From Candidatus Binataceae bacterium (lineage in GTDB: Bacteria > Desulfobacterota > Binatia > Binatales > Binataceae), in NCBI GenBank assembly GCA_035650475.1, contig DASRHP010000009.1, positions 174,545 through 238,544 on the forward strand: a DNA stretch of 64,000 bases, written 5' to 3'. Each line of letters starts with the position of its first letter. The first letter of the stretch is position 1. This document shows positions 31,221 to 41,402 of this stretch, one piece after another. The notes below the pieces were generated by a model. It had not been told where the DNA came from, did not search any database, and worked only from the letters and a program-made list of their open reading frames with translations. A program made the translations under genes and the position numbers.

Positions 31221-32141
31221 ATGGCCGCACGGCCAGCGCAGCCCCGCACAGGGGACGCCGATGCGTCCGCACCCCGCCGTCCGCGCCTGGTGATCGTGAC
31301 CGGCGTCTCGGGCTCGGGCCGCGCCTCCGCGATGCGCGTGCTCGAAGATCTCGGCTTCTATTGCGTGGACAATCTGCCGGTCGCGCTGGCGTCTTCGGTG
31401 ATGCGGCTTGCGACCGAGCGCGACCCCGGCCTGCGCGCAGTGGCGCTCGGCATCGACGCCCGCGAGCGGCTGTTTTTTCCGCAGTGGCCGCGCGTCTTCG
31501 CCGACCTCGAGCGCGACGGCTTCCATCCCGAGGTGCTCTTCCTCGACGCCTCCGACGAGGTCCTGGTGCGCCGCTACTCGGAAAGCCGCCGGCCCCATCC
31601 CTTCGTCACCGACAGCGGCGCCTCGGTCGTCGAGGGCATCCGGCGCGAGCGCCTGGCGCTGGCCGAGATGCGCGAGCGCGCCGATCGCGTGATCGACACC
31701 AGCGCGCTGAGCGTTCACGAGCTGCGGGCGGTGCTGACCGCGGCGATGATGGGCGCTGCGGGCGGCGCCGCTATGACCGTCGCGCTGGTCTCCTTCGGCT
31801 ACAAGTATGGCCTCCCGGTCGGGATGGACCTGGTGATGGACGTGCGCTTCCTGCCCAATCCGTTCTTCGTCCCCGAGCTCAAGCCGCTGGACGGGACCGA
31901 CTCGCGGGTGCGCGAATACGTGATGGGCCATCCGGAGGCTCGCCGCTTCATCGACGAATTTGCCCGTTTGCTCGGCTTTCTCATCCCGCTGTACCGGCGC
32001 GAGGGCAAGAGCTACCTGACGATCGGCCTTGGATGCACCGGCGGGCGCCATCGCTCGCCCACCCTGGCGCTGGAGCTGGCGCACCGGCTGGAAGGGGAGG
32101 GCACGGCGGTCCAGGTGCGCCACCAGGACATCACCCGCTAG
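31221..32141 (+). CDS. rapZ: RNase adapter protein RapZ (YhbJ), P-loop ATPase
   Basis: LVIVTGVSGSGRASA P-loop; conserved synteny rpoN-hpf-ptsN-rapZ. Confidence 0.88.
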   Translation: MAARPAQPRTGDADASAPRRPRLVIVTGVSGSGRASAMRVLEDLGFYCVDNLPVALASSVMRLATERDPGLRAVALGIDARERLFFPQWPRVFADLERDGFHPEVLFLDASDEVLVRRYSESRRPHPFVTDSGASVVEGIRRERLALAEMRERADRVIDTSALSVHELRAVLTAAMMGAAGGAAMTVALVSFGYKYGLPVGMDLVMDVRFLPNPFFVPELKPLDGTDSRVREYVMGHPEARRFIDEFARLLGFLIPLYRREGKSYLTIGLGCTGGRHRSPTLALELAHRLEGEGTAVQVRHQDITR

Positions 32142-32232
32142 GCGAGCCGCTCGATAATTGCGACCGCGCGCGCTTGTCAGCATACCGAGGCGCTCCGTAT
32201 CATTCTTGACTGCCCGCCATCGCGGGCCTGCG

Positions 32233-32949
32233 ATGGCCGCCATCAGTCCGATTCCAACGCCACAACCGCAACCCCGCCGCCTGCTTACCCCGATGGTGGT
32301 GGTCAGAATCGCGATCGTCGCGTTTCTGATCGTCGGTTCGGGCTTTCTGCTGTGGACGCACGCCGAGTGGTTCGAGAACCCCGAGCTGGTCAAAGTCGAG
32401 GTCCTGCGTTGGGGATTTTGGGGACCGCTCGCCTACATGCTGCTCTACGCCGTGGGGCCGTCGTTCCTGGTGCCGGGGGCGGTGATGACGATCGCGGGCG
32501 GACTGGCGTTTGGGACGCTGTGGGGCTCGATATATTCGCTCATCGGCGCCGACGCGGGCGCGCTGGTCGCCTTCGGCGCCGGGCGCTTCCTGGGGCGCTC
32601 GTTCGTGCGGCGAGTAGTCGGCGGGCGCTTCGAGAAACTGCTCGGACACATCGAGCGCTACGGCTTTCAGATCATTTTCTATCTGCGGCTGGTGCCGGTG
32701 ATCCCGTACAACGCGCTCAACCTGCTTGCCGGCGCTTCGCCGATCACTTTTCGCGACTACTTGTGGGCGAGCGTGATCGGGATGGTACCGGGCACGATCC
32801 TGTTCGCCTTTCTGGGCGACGCGCTATGGCACCCGACCTCGCCCAAATTCTTCGTCGCGCTCGGGCTCATCGGGATCTGCTTCGCGGCGGGCGAGCTGGC
32901 GCGCCGGCGCGGCTGGCTGCCCGGCGGCCAGGCCGCGGAAGACGGCTGA
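32233..32949 (+). CDS. TVP38/TMEM64 / DedA-family membrane protein
   Basis: DedA-like motif GRFLGRSFVRR...VPYNALNLLAG. Confidence 0.75.
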   Translation: MAAISPIPTPQPQPRRLLTPMVVVRIAIVAFLIVGSGFLLWTHAEWFENPELVKVEVLRWGFWGPLAYMLLYAVGPSFLVPGAVMTIAGGLAFGTLWGSIYSLIGADAGALVAFGAGRFLGRSFVRRVVGGRFEKLLGHIERYGFQIIFYLRLVPVIPYNALNLLAGASPITFRDYLWASVIGMVPGTILFAFLGDALWHPTSPKFFVALGLIGICFAAGELARRRGWLPGGQAAEDG

Positions 32950-33244
32950 GGCGCCTTGGGCATCCTTCGAGCATGCGACCCGCGCGTTGCTCGAAAGCGC
33001 GGCGCAAGGTCGCTCGAGCTGCGCGCGGCAACCTCGCTCGCCCGGCTTTTGAAGGATACCAGCCGCCGCTTACGAAAGGCGCGCGATGCTCGCCGAGAGC
33101 TGCAACTGATTCGCCGAAGGCATGCGGACTGGCGACGTCAAGGACGCAAGGGCGTGGCTCGACGAACCAGGGCATAGGCCTCTCGATTCCAGCGCCACGC
33201 CCGCGGGTGGACATCCGGCGGGCAGCCGACGTAAAGATCGCTCC

Positions 33245-34132
33245 GTGGCGCTCGCATCATCGCTGGTCGGTACGGCGTCGGAGATGGCGGTGACCGAAGT
33301 CGATACCGGATGGACGATGGCATACGCAGCCGGGCTCGGCGACGCCTGGCCGTGCTACCTCGATACGACCCGCGAGCGCGGCGTCGTCGCCCATCCGATG
33401 TTCAGCGTCGCGATCGAGTGGCCGGCGATGCTGCATATCATCCAGGCCCTGCGCGAGGCGGGTTTCTCGCGGGTTGAGATGCTGCGTCGGGTGCATGCCA
33501 CCGACGACGTGATTGTGCATCGGTTGATCCGTCCGCCCGAGCGCCTGCTTACCCGCGCGACGCTGGCCGGGATCGAGCGTCGCGGCGCAGGTGCCTACCA
33601 GCTCACGCGCTTCGACACTTTCGACGAGAACGGCGCGCCGGTATGCACGACGTGGTACGGCAACCTGTACCGCGGGATCGACGTGGCGGGTCCCGACCGT
33701 CCGCCGCTCGACGCCCCCGCTGCGCTTGCGCCATCGACAATGAAGTCCGCGCCGCGTGCGAGCTTCGCGATTCCGATTACGCCGGTTGCCGCACTGGTCT
33801 ATAACGCGGGCGCGCGGCTAGGCAACGCGATCAACATCCACACTGACGCGGCGACCGCCAAAAGCGCTGGGCTGCCCGGACCGATCCTGCATGGCACGGC
33901 GACACTCGCGATGGCGGTTTCGCGCGTGGTCGCGGCCGAGGCCTGCGGCGACCCGACGCGCGTCGCGCGGATCCATGCGCGCTTCGGCGCGATGGTGCTG
34001 ATGCCGTCACAGCTCGAGTTGCGGATCACGGCGCGCGAACGAACCAGCGCCGGCGAGACGGTCTTTTTCGAAGTGATCAATGGCGAAGGCGGCCGTGCGA
34101 TCCGCGACGGCTTCGTGGTCCTGCGCGTGTAG
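33245..34132 (+). CDS. MaoC-like double-hotdog dehydratase/hydratase (paralog A)
   Basis: N- and C-terminal hotdog halves (…GLPGPILHGTATLAMAVS…); GTG 33245 chosen by alignment with paralog B (SSLVGT conserved at nucleotide level). Confidence 0.7.
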   Translation: MALASSLVGTASEMAVTEVDTGWTMAYAAGLGDAWPCYLDTTRERGVVAHPMFSVAIEWPAMLHIIQALREAGFSRVEMLRRVHATDDVIVHRLIRPPERLLTRATLAGIERRGAGAYQLTRFDTFDENGAPVCTTWYGNLYRGIDVAGPDRPPLDAPAALAPSTMKSAPRASFAIPITPVAALVYNAGARLGNAINIHTDAATAKSAGLPGPILHGTATLAMAVSRVVAAEACGDPTRVARIHARFGAMVLMPSQLELRITARERTSAGETVFFEVINGEGGRAIRDGFVVLRV

Positions 34133-34194
34133 CGCTCGTTGGAAGGCCGAGGGAGAAGCGCTGTCCTCCGCTGCATTGCGCGCAGCGATCGCGT

Positions 34195-36048
34195 CTAGTT
34201 CGGCGACGTTATCCAGTCGTGCTTGCGCCAATGGGTCAGCAACGTGTTGAGATAGCTCTGCGCCGCCGCATCCATCCAGCCTCCGGAAAAATGCGAACTC
34301 AGGCAGCCGAACAGCATCCAGTCCTGATTCGTCGCAGGTTTAGCGGTGATTGGATTAAGAAAGTTGTGCGGCGATACCCCACCGGGATTCGACAGATAGG
34401 CCGAAACGTCGGCGCTGTAGGTATTGGGCAAATGATCAGCGCTGGCGAAATAAGGCGCTTGGTCGCCGTTCATGCAAGCGCGCTGGCTGGCGAAACGAAA
34501 CTCGGCCGAGAAAGTGGTCGAGTATTCCATCATCGGCCACGTCATCGTTGCGTAGAAAACCTTGGTCTGAAAATCCCCCCACGACTGGTAGCAGCAGTTC
34601 TCGCAGATGTAACCGAAGAGATTAACATCACGGTTGCGGCACTCGGACAAAGTTGTGCGCCGATCGCCGCCCGAATGCCACTGGACCCAGGAGCCGTTTT
34701 CGCTCGTCGCCTGCGCGCGCACAGCGTCCTCGTCGATTCCGTACTTGCAGGCTGCGAGGCGAAAGATGTTCCAGGTCGATCCGGTGTACTGCCCGGTGAT
34801 TTTGCGGAACCAGAAATCGTTGTTCCAACTCGAGTTTAGATCGAAAGTGTCGATGCCATTAATCAGCCGCTCCAGGTCCGCCGGCCGCGCCCGCGTCTGG
34901 TTGACCGGCGAAGTAATGCCGATATTTAGATCGTCCACGTGGGTGGCCTGGTTCGCGGGAATCGTTTCGTCGGCGTCGCTGAGCATTGCCGCGCATTCGG
35001 CGTCCGTGGGCACGCTCGTACTTCCGTCGGCGAAGCGTCCCGTGCCAGGCTCGGTGCCGAAATGCAGGCTCGGCGTCGGTGCCGGACTGGGGTTTTCGAA
35101 CACGTAGCTGGTGCTGGTAGTGGCGAGAATCACCTCGTTGGGTTGGGCGGAATGGGCTTCGATTTTCACGGTGTGGCGGCCGTTTGGATAATCATCGGTC
35201 GATAGCAATTCCTGGCCGACGCCGAATTCAATCATCGGGCCGCCATCAACGAACATCGCTTCGTGGTTTACGCCGGCACAGGTATCCGAGGTGTGGATCG
35301 CAACGTCGCCGCTGAGCGTGCTGCCGGACGTGGGCGAGATAATGACCAGGCAGATTGGATTTGGCGTCGGCATGGCACTGGGCGTAGGTGTCGGACCATT
35401 CTGGACGTTCAATGTTTCGCTGGCGCTGCCCAACACGCGTGAACCGGGATTGCTAGATTGGCTCGTTACCGTGATCTGGTGGTTGCCATTGACCCATTCA
35501 ACGGTCTGCCAGGTAACCGCGCCGGGAGCGAAGGCGCCAACGAACGTGTTGTCGACGAACAGCGTCTCGAACCACAGGCCCGTGCACGTATCCAACGTTG
35601 ATATCGGGACTATGCCGCCGACTGCCTGTCCCGGCTGGGGCGCCGTTATCCTGATACAGGGCGTGGGCGTAGGCGTCGGGGTTGGCGTGGGAACAGGAGT
35701 TGGCTTGGGAGTCGGCGTCGCGGGTGCGATCAGGTACGCTTTGACCGACGCAGAGCCGAGCAGTCGTCCGCCGCTTCGGAACGACTTGACCGTGAGCGTG
35801 TACGTACCGAGCGCGAAATTGGAGGTCGGCCAGATGAACTGCTGCGGATTCGGTGTCGCGCATCCCAGTCCGGTCTGATTAACGTATGCGCACTCGTACC
35901 AGCGGTTCGTGCAACGATCGGAAAACACGATCGGAACCGACGGTCCTTTAAGAATCAGCGCGCCGTTGGTCGGAGAGGTGATGCGAATACACTGGCCGTG
36001 AGCTGGCGCAGTGCACGTGATCACCATCGCCACGATCGCGATGGCCTG
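34195..36048 (-). CDS. secreted multi-domain protein: three bacterial Ig-like repeats separated by Pro-Thr linkers, then an unrecognised Cys-rich C-terminal domain (~310 aa)
   Basis: Repeats start CIRITSP / CIRITAP / ICLVIISP; linkers PTPTPTPTPTP; GC (~55%) is lower than the flanks; candidate signal peptide KHSALLFSALQRISQAIAIVAMVITCTAPAHG but no in-frame canonical start next to the GGAGGA RBS, so the 5' end is uncertain. Confidence 0.6.
   Translation of the reverse strand, partial: QAIAIVAMVITCTAPAHGQCIRITSPTNGALILKGPSVPIVFSDRCTNRWYECAYVNQTGLGCATPNPQQFIWPTSNFALGTYTLTVKSFRSGGRLLGSASVKAYLIAPATPTPKPTPVPTPTPTPTPTPCIRITAPQPGQAVGGIVPISTLDTCTGLWFETLFVDNTFVGAFAPGAVTWQTVEWVNGNHQITVTSQSSNPGSRVLGSASETLNVQNGPTPTPSAMPTPNPICLVIISPTSGSTLSGDVAIHTSDTCAGVNHEAMFVDGGPMIEFGVGQELLSTDDYPNGRHTVKIEAHSAQPNEVILATTSTSYVFENPSPAPTPSLHFGTEPGTGRFADGSTSVPTDAECAAMLSDADETIPANQATHVDDLNIGITSPVNQTRARPADLERLINGIDTFDLNSSWNNDFWFRKITGQYTGSTWNIFRLAACKYGIDEDAVRAQATSENGSWVQWHSGGDRRTTLSECRNRDVNLFGYICENCCYQSWGDFQTKVFYATMTWPMMEYSTTFSAEFRFASQRACMNGDQAPYFASADHLPNTYSADVSAYLSNPGGVSPHNFLNPITAKPATNQDWMLFGCLSSHFSGGWMDAAAQSYLNTLLTHWRKHDWITSPN
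35661..35728 (-). repeat. tandem Pro-Thr codon repeat (linker PATPTPKPTPVPTPTPTPTPTP)
   Basis: Minus-strand translation of the (ACG CCx) repeats; a second shorter PT linker lies at ~35371..35404. Confidence 0.6.
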
Positions 36049-36527
36049 CGAAATACGCTGCAGGGCAGAGAAGAGGAGAGCCGAATGCTTTGATCCTCCG
36101 TGCCCAAAGCCTACGCGCCGAGCGGCGCCGACAGCGCCAGGGCGAAAGTCACCATAATTCGACTGCGCGGATCGCCAGACAGGACGGGATGGGCCGGCCG
36201 ACCGTATTTCGAATGGGAACACCTGCTGTCGCCCGCGAATATTGAGCACTTCCGGTGCCATCGATACCCTCAGCGAAAGCCTTGGAGCAATGCGGGCAAT
36301 AAAACTAGTTCCTTCCTTGTGGTGTGCGGAAATTGAGACGCCTCTTTGACGAACAGTTACGTGCGGATTGAAACAGTCTGTCGTTCGGCGATTCAGACGT
36401 GAACTGTCGCGGGTGCCCTTGCGGCTCCGACAACAAGGTTGTGGTTCTGACCTATGCACGGCATGGGCAATACGACACTGGGCACGCTGCGATAGACAAC
36501 TGGTGGCGGGCTGGCTAGATATAGCCC

Positions 36528-37409
36528 ATGCCACTGGACTCATCGCTGGTTGGAACCACGGTTGGACCGGTTGAGGCCGAAGTCGACGCGCGCTGGGCGA
36601 TGGCCTACGCGGCGGGAATCGAAGACTACCTGCCGTGCTACCTCGACACGCGCCGCCCGCACGGGATCGTCACCCATCCCGTCTTTCCGGTCTGTTTCGA
36701 ATGGCCGGCGACGTATGCGCTGAGCGCCAGGCTGCGCCAATCCAGCCTGGCGCCGGCCGAGGCGGCGCGCGGCGTGCATGCGACTTACGACCTGACGCTC
36801 CATCGCCCGATTCGCCCGCCCGAGCGCTTGACCACTATGCTCACGCTGGCGGGTGTGCAGCGCCTGCGGCCGGGTGCGTACCAGCTAATGCGTTTCGAAA
36901 CAGTGGACGCCGGGGGCAGGCCGGTATGCACGACTTGGTACGGCAGCATCTATCGTGGCGTCGAGGTGGCGGGTCCGGACCGCCCTGCCGTTGACACCCC
37001 CGCTCTCCCTCCTGCCGGCCTTGCGGGCGACACGCCCCGTGCGGAGATTCCGCTTGCGATTTCGCCCGGCGCCGCTCACGTCTATACCGAGTGCGCGCGC
37101 ATCTGGAACCCGGTTCATACCGACGCAGCGGTTGCTGCGGCCGCCGGGTTGCCGGCGATCATCCTGCATGGCACGGCCACGATGGCGATGGCGGTGTCCA
37201 AGATCGTCACCGCCGAGGCCGCCTGCAATCCCGAGCGCGTGCGACGCGTGCGCGGGCGCTTCGCCGCGATGGTCCTGATGCCGTCGCTATTGACGGTGCG
37301 GATCAACTCGCGCATCGCGTTTGCAGGCGGCGAGTCGATCACCTTCGAAGTGTTCAACGCCGACGGCAGCCGTGCGATCCGCGACGGCTTCGTGGTCCTC
37401 GGCGATTGA
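36528..37409 (+). CDS. MaoC-like double-hotdog dehydratase/hydratase (paralog B)
   Basis: ~55-60% identical to paralog A over its full length (MAYAAGxxDxxPCYLDT…IRDGFVVL). Confidence 0.7.
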   Translation: MPLDSSLVGTTVGPVEAEVDARWAMAYAAGIEDYLPCYLDTRRPHGIVTHPVFPVCFEWPATYALSARLRQSSLAPAEAARGVHATYDLTLHRPIRPPERLTTMLTLAGVQRLRPGAYQLMRFETVDAGGRPVCTTWYGSIYRGVEVAGPDRPAVDTPALPPAGLAGDTPRAEIPLAISPGAAHVYTECARIWNPVHTDAAVAAAAGLPAIILHGTATMAMAVSKIVTAEAACNPERVRRVRGRFAAMVLMPSLLTVRINSRIAFAGGESITFEVFNADGSRAIRDGFVVLGD

Positions 37410-37429
37410 CAGGCGCCGCCGCGGACGGC

Positions 37430-38086
37430 TCATTCGGCAAGGGAGGATTTGTGCGCCGGAATGATCCGCTCTGCGATCATGGCGCACAGCGAGGCGAGCG
37501 CCCAGGCCGCCGCCGGCGCGGCGAGCGCGCCCGCCGCGGTGCCGAGGAACACCAGCCAATCCATGCTGAATGAGGGCTGGTCCGCACCGAAGCCAAAGGC
37601 GTCCACCGCGCTCAGTAACGGCACCGCCCACCATATGGCCTCGGCGATCAGAACCGCGCCGACTCCGCGGCGCAGGCCCGGCCGCAGCATCACCGCCGCG
37701 ACGGCCGCGAACATGACGGCCAGCATGAACGTGCCGGCGAAGGTGCCCAGCCACAGATACGGCGGCGGCCACATCACGGACGCGATCCCGCTGGTGGCCG
37801 AGAATTGCAAAAGCGCACCGATCCCGAGCGCGCCGAGCGCGGCAAGGCCGGCCCCGAACGCTCCGCGCCGTCTCCGCAGCAGTGCGGCGATAACCAGGAC
37901 GAGCAGCACCGCGCCGCCGACGGCGAACGTCTCGGCGTACTGGCGATGGCGCAGGATGAGAAAATCGCTCAGCGGCGCCTGGGTGGCGACGCGCTCAATA
38001 GCGGCAGCCGCAGGCGCATATCGCAGCGCCACGGCTGTCGCTGCGGCCAGCGCTATTGCCGCCAGCCTTGGGCCGCCGCGCGTCAT
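37430..38086 (-). CDS. hypothetical polytopic membrane protein
   Basis: Several hydrophobic segments; low information content in a GC-rich frame. Confidence 0.45.
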   Translation of the reverse strand: MTRGGPRLAAIALAAATAVALRYAPAAAAIERVATQAPLSDFLILRHRQYAETFAVGGAVLLVLVIAALLRRRRGAFGAGLAALGALGIGALLQFSATSGIASVMWPPPYLWLGTFAGTFMLAVMFAAVAAVMLRPGLRRGVGAVLIAEAIWWAVPLLSAVDAFGFGADQPSFSMDWLVFLGTAAGALAAPAAAWALASLCAMIAERIIPAHKSSLAE

Positions 38087-38238
38087 AGCCAGCAACTATC
38101 CGCTTCCACCGCGGCACGGGCAATGCCCCCGCATGGACCGGCCTCGGACCGGGGTGTAGTTGTTTGTGAGGGCGGCGCAACGGCCGTCCGCAGAGTGTTA
38201 TGGTTCGGATCAGGGCTGAGTGGCGGCGGCGATCAGGA

Positions 38239-38676
38239 ATGCTGGCGGCGCGTGTGCGGTCGTGGATTGCCGCCGCCGTCGCGACGGGCCTTGCGGCCGG
38301 CATGCTCGCCGGATGCTCGTCGCAGAGCCACCAGGAAGCTTTGGGACCGCCCGCCCAGCAGCAATACTTCGACGCGCTGAAGCTCGGCAACGCCGCGGAG
38401 GCGAGCCAGATCTGGCTTCGGATGACGCCGGAGGAGCGGCTGAAGTTCGAGCGCGGGCAGGACATCCGACCCAGCGTCGCCCCCCAGCAAGTACAGCGCG
38501 CGATTGCGGAGCACTACGCCAACCAGGAAGACGACGAAGGCGACTCTGCGCCCAAGCAGATCGAGCTGGGGCCGCATGGCGGCGGCTTGCAAGACCTGCC
38601 CGCCTACCTTCAGCAATACGGCGGCTCATCCGGCGGCGCGCCGCAGTCTGCGCCCGTTGCCCCCGCCAATCACTGA
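38239..38676 (+). CDS. hypothetical lipoprotein
   Basis: Lipobox LAGC after the signal peptide MLAARVRSWIAAAVATGLAAGM. Confidence 0.5.
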   Translation: MLAARVRSWIAAAVATGLAAGMLAGCSSQSHQEALGPPAQQQYFDALKLGNAAEASQIWLRMTPEERLKFERGQDIRPSVAPQQVQRAIAEHYANQEDDEGDSAPKQIELGPHGGGLQDLPAYLQQYGGSSGGAPQSAPVAPANH

Positions 38677-38810
38677 CGGGCGCACTGCCGCAGCTAACGG
38701 CCAAGGTGCTGGCGGACGGCGCTTCGGCACGCCAAAATCACCAAGCACCTGAATCATCGACACGGCGCTGGCGTCAACAACCTCTGACGCGCCGAGGAAG
38801 CGGAGCTACG

Positions 38811-39965
38811 ATGGATTTCGCCTTCAGTCCCGAACAGGAGATGCTGCGCCGCACGCTGGCCGAGTTCGCCGCGCGCGAACTCGCCCCCGGGTACGCCGGA
38901 CGCGATGTTGACGAGGACCTGCCGCGCTCGCTGGTACGCAAGCTCGGCGAGCTGGGGCTGCTCGCCCCGATGGCGGAGACGCGCCATGGCGGCCAAGGGC
39001 TCGACTACGTCTCGCTGGGCATCGCGCACGAGGAGATCGGCCGCGCCGACTTCAACGCCGCTTACATCCTGCTGCTCGCCGCGCTGGTCGGCGCGATCGT
39101 CAGCGCCCATGGCGACGAGCGCCAGCGCGCCGAGTTCCTGCCGCCGATCTGTCGTGGCGACGCAGTCGTCGCGCTCGGGGTGACCGAACCCGCAGGCGGC
39201 TCCGACGCCGCGCACGTCCGCCTCCAGGCGCGCCGCGACGGCGACGGCTATGTGCTCAACGGCGAAAAGACGTCGATCTCTTTCGCTTCGTGGGCCGACA
39301 CGGCGCTGGTGATGGCGCGCACGGGTACGCTCGCGCAAGGCGCGCGCGGGGTCAGCGCGTTCTACGTCGATCTGCATTCACCCGGCGTCAGCCGCGCGCG
39401 CTTTCGCGACCTCGGTACCCGCGCGATCGGCCGCGGCCAGCTCTTCTTCGATTCGGTGCGCGTGCCCGCCGCCAACCGCGTCGGCGCAGAGGGCGCGGGT
39501 TTCGTCCAAGTGATGCAGGGTTTCGACTTCAGCCGTTCGCTGATCGGCCTGATGTGTATCGGGGCGGCCGAGCAGAGCGTGGACGAGACTGTCAAGTACG
39601 TCGCCGAGCGCCAGGCCTTCGGCGCGCCGCTCGCGCGCTTCGAGGGAGTGTCGTTCCCGCTTGCCGAGGCGGCGGTCAAGCTGCGCGCGGCGCGCCTGCT
39701 CTGCTACGAGGCGCTGTGGATGCGCGATCGCAATCTGCCGCACGGATGGCTGGCGGCGGGATGCAAATGGTGGGCGCCTGAGCTCGCCGTGCAGGTCATC
39801 CATCAGTGCCTGCTCCTGCACGGCCATTTGGGCTTCAGCCTCGACCTGCCCCATCAGCAGCGCCTGCGCGACGTTATCGGGCTGGAGATCGGCGACGGCA
39901 CCGCCCAGATCATGAAGACGCTCGTCGCGCGCGAGATTGTCGGCAAGAGTGCCCGCCCGTACTGA
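38811..39965 (+). CDS. acyl-CoA dehydrogenase
   Basis: 384 aa; ACAD N/M/C domains (…GVTEPAGGSDAA…GQLFFDSVRVP…). Confidence 0.9.
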   Translation: MDFAFSPEQEMLRRTLAEFAARELAPGYAGRDVDEDLPRSLVRKLGELGLLAPMAETRHGGQGLDYVSLGIAHEEIGRADFNAAYILLLAALVGAIVSAHGDERQRAEFLPPICRGDAVVALGVTEPAGGSDAAHVRLQARRDGDGYVLNGEKTSISFASWADTALVMARTGTLAQGARGVSAFYVDLHSPGVSRARFRDLGTRAIGRGQLFFDSVRVPAANRVGAEGAGFVQVMQGFDFSRSLIGLMCIGAAEQSVDETVKYVAERQAFGAPLARFEGVSFPLAEAAVKLRAARLLCYEALWMRDRNLPHGWLAAGCKWWAPELAVQVIHQCLLLHGHLGFSLDLPHQQRLRDVIGLEIGDGTAQIMKTLVAREIVGKSARPY

Positions 39966-39974
39966 GCGGTTGCC

Positions 39975-40742
39975 TCAGCGTACCAGACGGGCGCTAAACC
40001 GCAGACGCATGTAGTCGGCGGTCCAACGCCCGGCGCCGTCGCATAGCACGGGCCTGAGCAACTCCACCACCTCGTCGCGCGCGCCGGCGCGGCTCTGCTC
40101 GGGCAGGTGGCGGAAGAACGGCTCGCCGAACGTTTCCAGCCACCCCTCCAGCGCCGTCGGCAGCGGCGTGGGCCGCGGAATCAGCGCGATGTAATCGACT
40201 TCGAACCCGCCGCGCTCGAGCCGCCCGCGATAGTCCTCGACGGTTGGGAAATACCACGGGATCACCGCGCGGCCGTCCACGCCGTGGCGCCCGAGCACTG
40301 CGACCAGCGCCACCGTGATCGCCGCGACGCATCCATGGCCCCCCATCTCGCCGACGAAGCGTCCGCCGGGCTTCAGCGCGCGCGTCACGCCAGCGATCAC
40401 CGCGTCGGGATCGTCTTTCATCCAGTGCAGCGCGGCGTTGGAAAACACGGCGTCGAACTCGGCGTCGAACGTCAGGCGCGCGCCATCCATCACGCGCGCG
40501 TCGAGTCCGCGCCGTTGCGCCGCCGCGACCATGTCTCCGGCTGCGTCGACGGCCACCACCGCTGCGCCGGCGGCCGTGATCTTCTCGGTCAGCACGCCAT
40601 CACCGCATCCGAGGTCAAGAATTCGCTCTCCGGGCTGCGGCTTGAGCAGCTCGAGTACCGGCTGGCCGAGCGCGGGGACGAAATGGGCGTTGCGCGCGTA
40701 GCGCTCCGCCGTCCAGGTTTGGGCCATTTGTGATTCCGCCAT
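39975..40742 (-). CDS. class I SAM-dependent methyltransferase (trans-aconitate methyltransferase-like)
   Basis: ILDLGCGDG motif I; the listed ORF 39975..41144 is over-extended, and ATG 40742 gives 255 aa. Confidence 0.8.
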   Translation of the reverse strand: MAESQMAQTWTAERYARNAHFVPALGQPVLELLKPQPGERILDLGCGDGVLTEKITAAGAAVVAVDAAGDMVAAAQRRGLDARVMDGARLTFDAEFDAVFSNAALHWMKDDPDAVIAGVTRALKPGGRFVGEMGGHGCVAAITVALVAVLGRHGVDGRAVIPWYFPTVEDYRGRLERGGFEVDYIALIPRPTPLPTALEGWLETFGEPFFRHLPEQSRAGARDEVVELLRPVLCDGAGRWTADYMRLRFSARLVR

Positions 40743-40772
40743 CGTATAAACAATACTGGGAAGCGGGGCGCA

Positions 40773-41402
40773 GTGGCCACACCCGACAGCAACAGGGCCC
40801 CGAAAGAGACCCGGGTGTCCCGCGTATGGCGAGGGCTGGCCGTCCTTGCGGCAGCGATCGCGTTGGCCTGTGCCGTGGCCGCCGGCAGGTTCGCCGCCGC
40901 CCTGCGCTACGCCCGGGTCCGCGATTCCGCACAGATCGCCGCGCTGAGCGACCGGATCACCGGCCTTGAACACGACGTTGAGAACCGGCAGGACGAGGTC
41001 GCGCAGCTGCGCGAGCAAGTGAATCTCGGCGCCGAGCTTCTTGGCGCGGCGCTGGCACCGGACAGCCGGATAATCCGGATGAGCGGACTCGCGCCGGTGC
41101 CGCAGGCGAGCGCCGTGATCGTCCTCAGCAGCCGCGCGGATCACGCGATGATGCGTGTCAGCGGGCTGCCCGCGCCGCCGCCGGGAAGGATTTATGCCCT
41201 GTGGTGGATTGCGGAGGCCGGTGGCGCGCCGACGCGTGGCGCGCTGTTCCGCACCGCCTCCGACGGCACGGCGATCGTCGCCGCGACCCTGCCGCCCCCC
41301 GGCACCCGCATCGCCGCCAGCGCGATCACTCTCGAAGCGCTCAAGGGCGGCGACCGCCCAAACGGCGCGACGTATCTCAAGGGCGCCGCCAACGGACGCT
41401 AA
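40773..41402 (+). CDS. membrane protein with an anti-sigma-K factor RskA-like C-terminal domain
   Basis: TM segment LAVLAAAIALACAVAAG followed by an extracytoplasmic domain carrying the YALWWI motif. Confidence 0.45.
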   Translation: MATPDSNRAPKETRVSRVWRGLAVLAAAIALACAVAAGRFAAALRYARVRDSAQIAALSDRITGLEHDVENRQDEVAQLREQVNLGAELLGAALAPDSRIIRMSGLAPVPQASAVIVLSSRADHAMMRVSGLPAPPPGRIYALWWIAEAGGAPTRGALFRTASDGTAIVAATLPPPGTRIAASAITLEALKGGDRPNGATYLKGAANGR

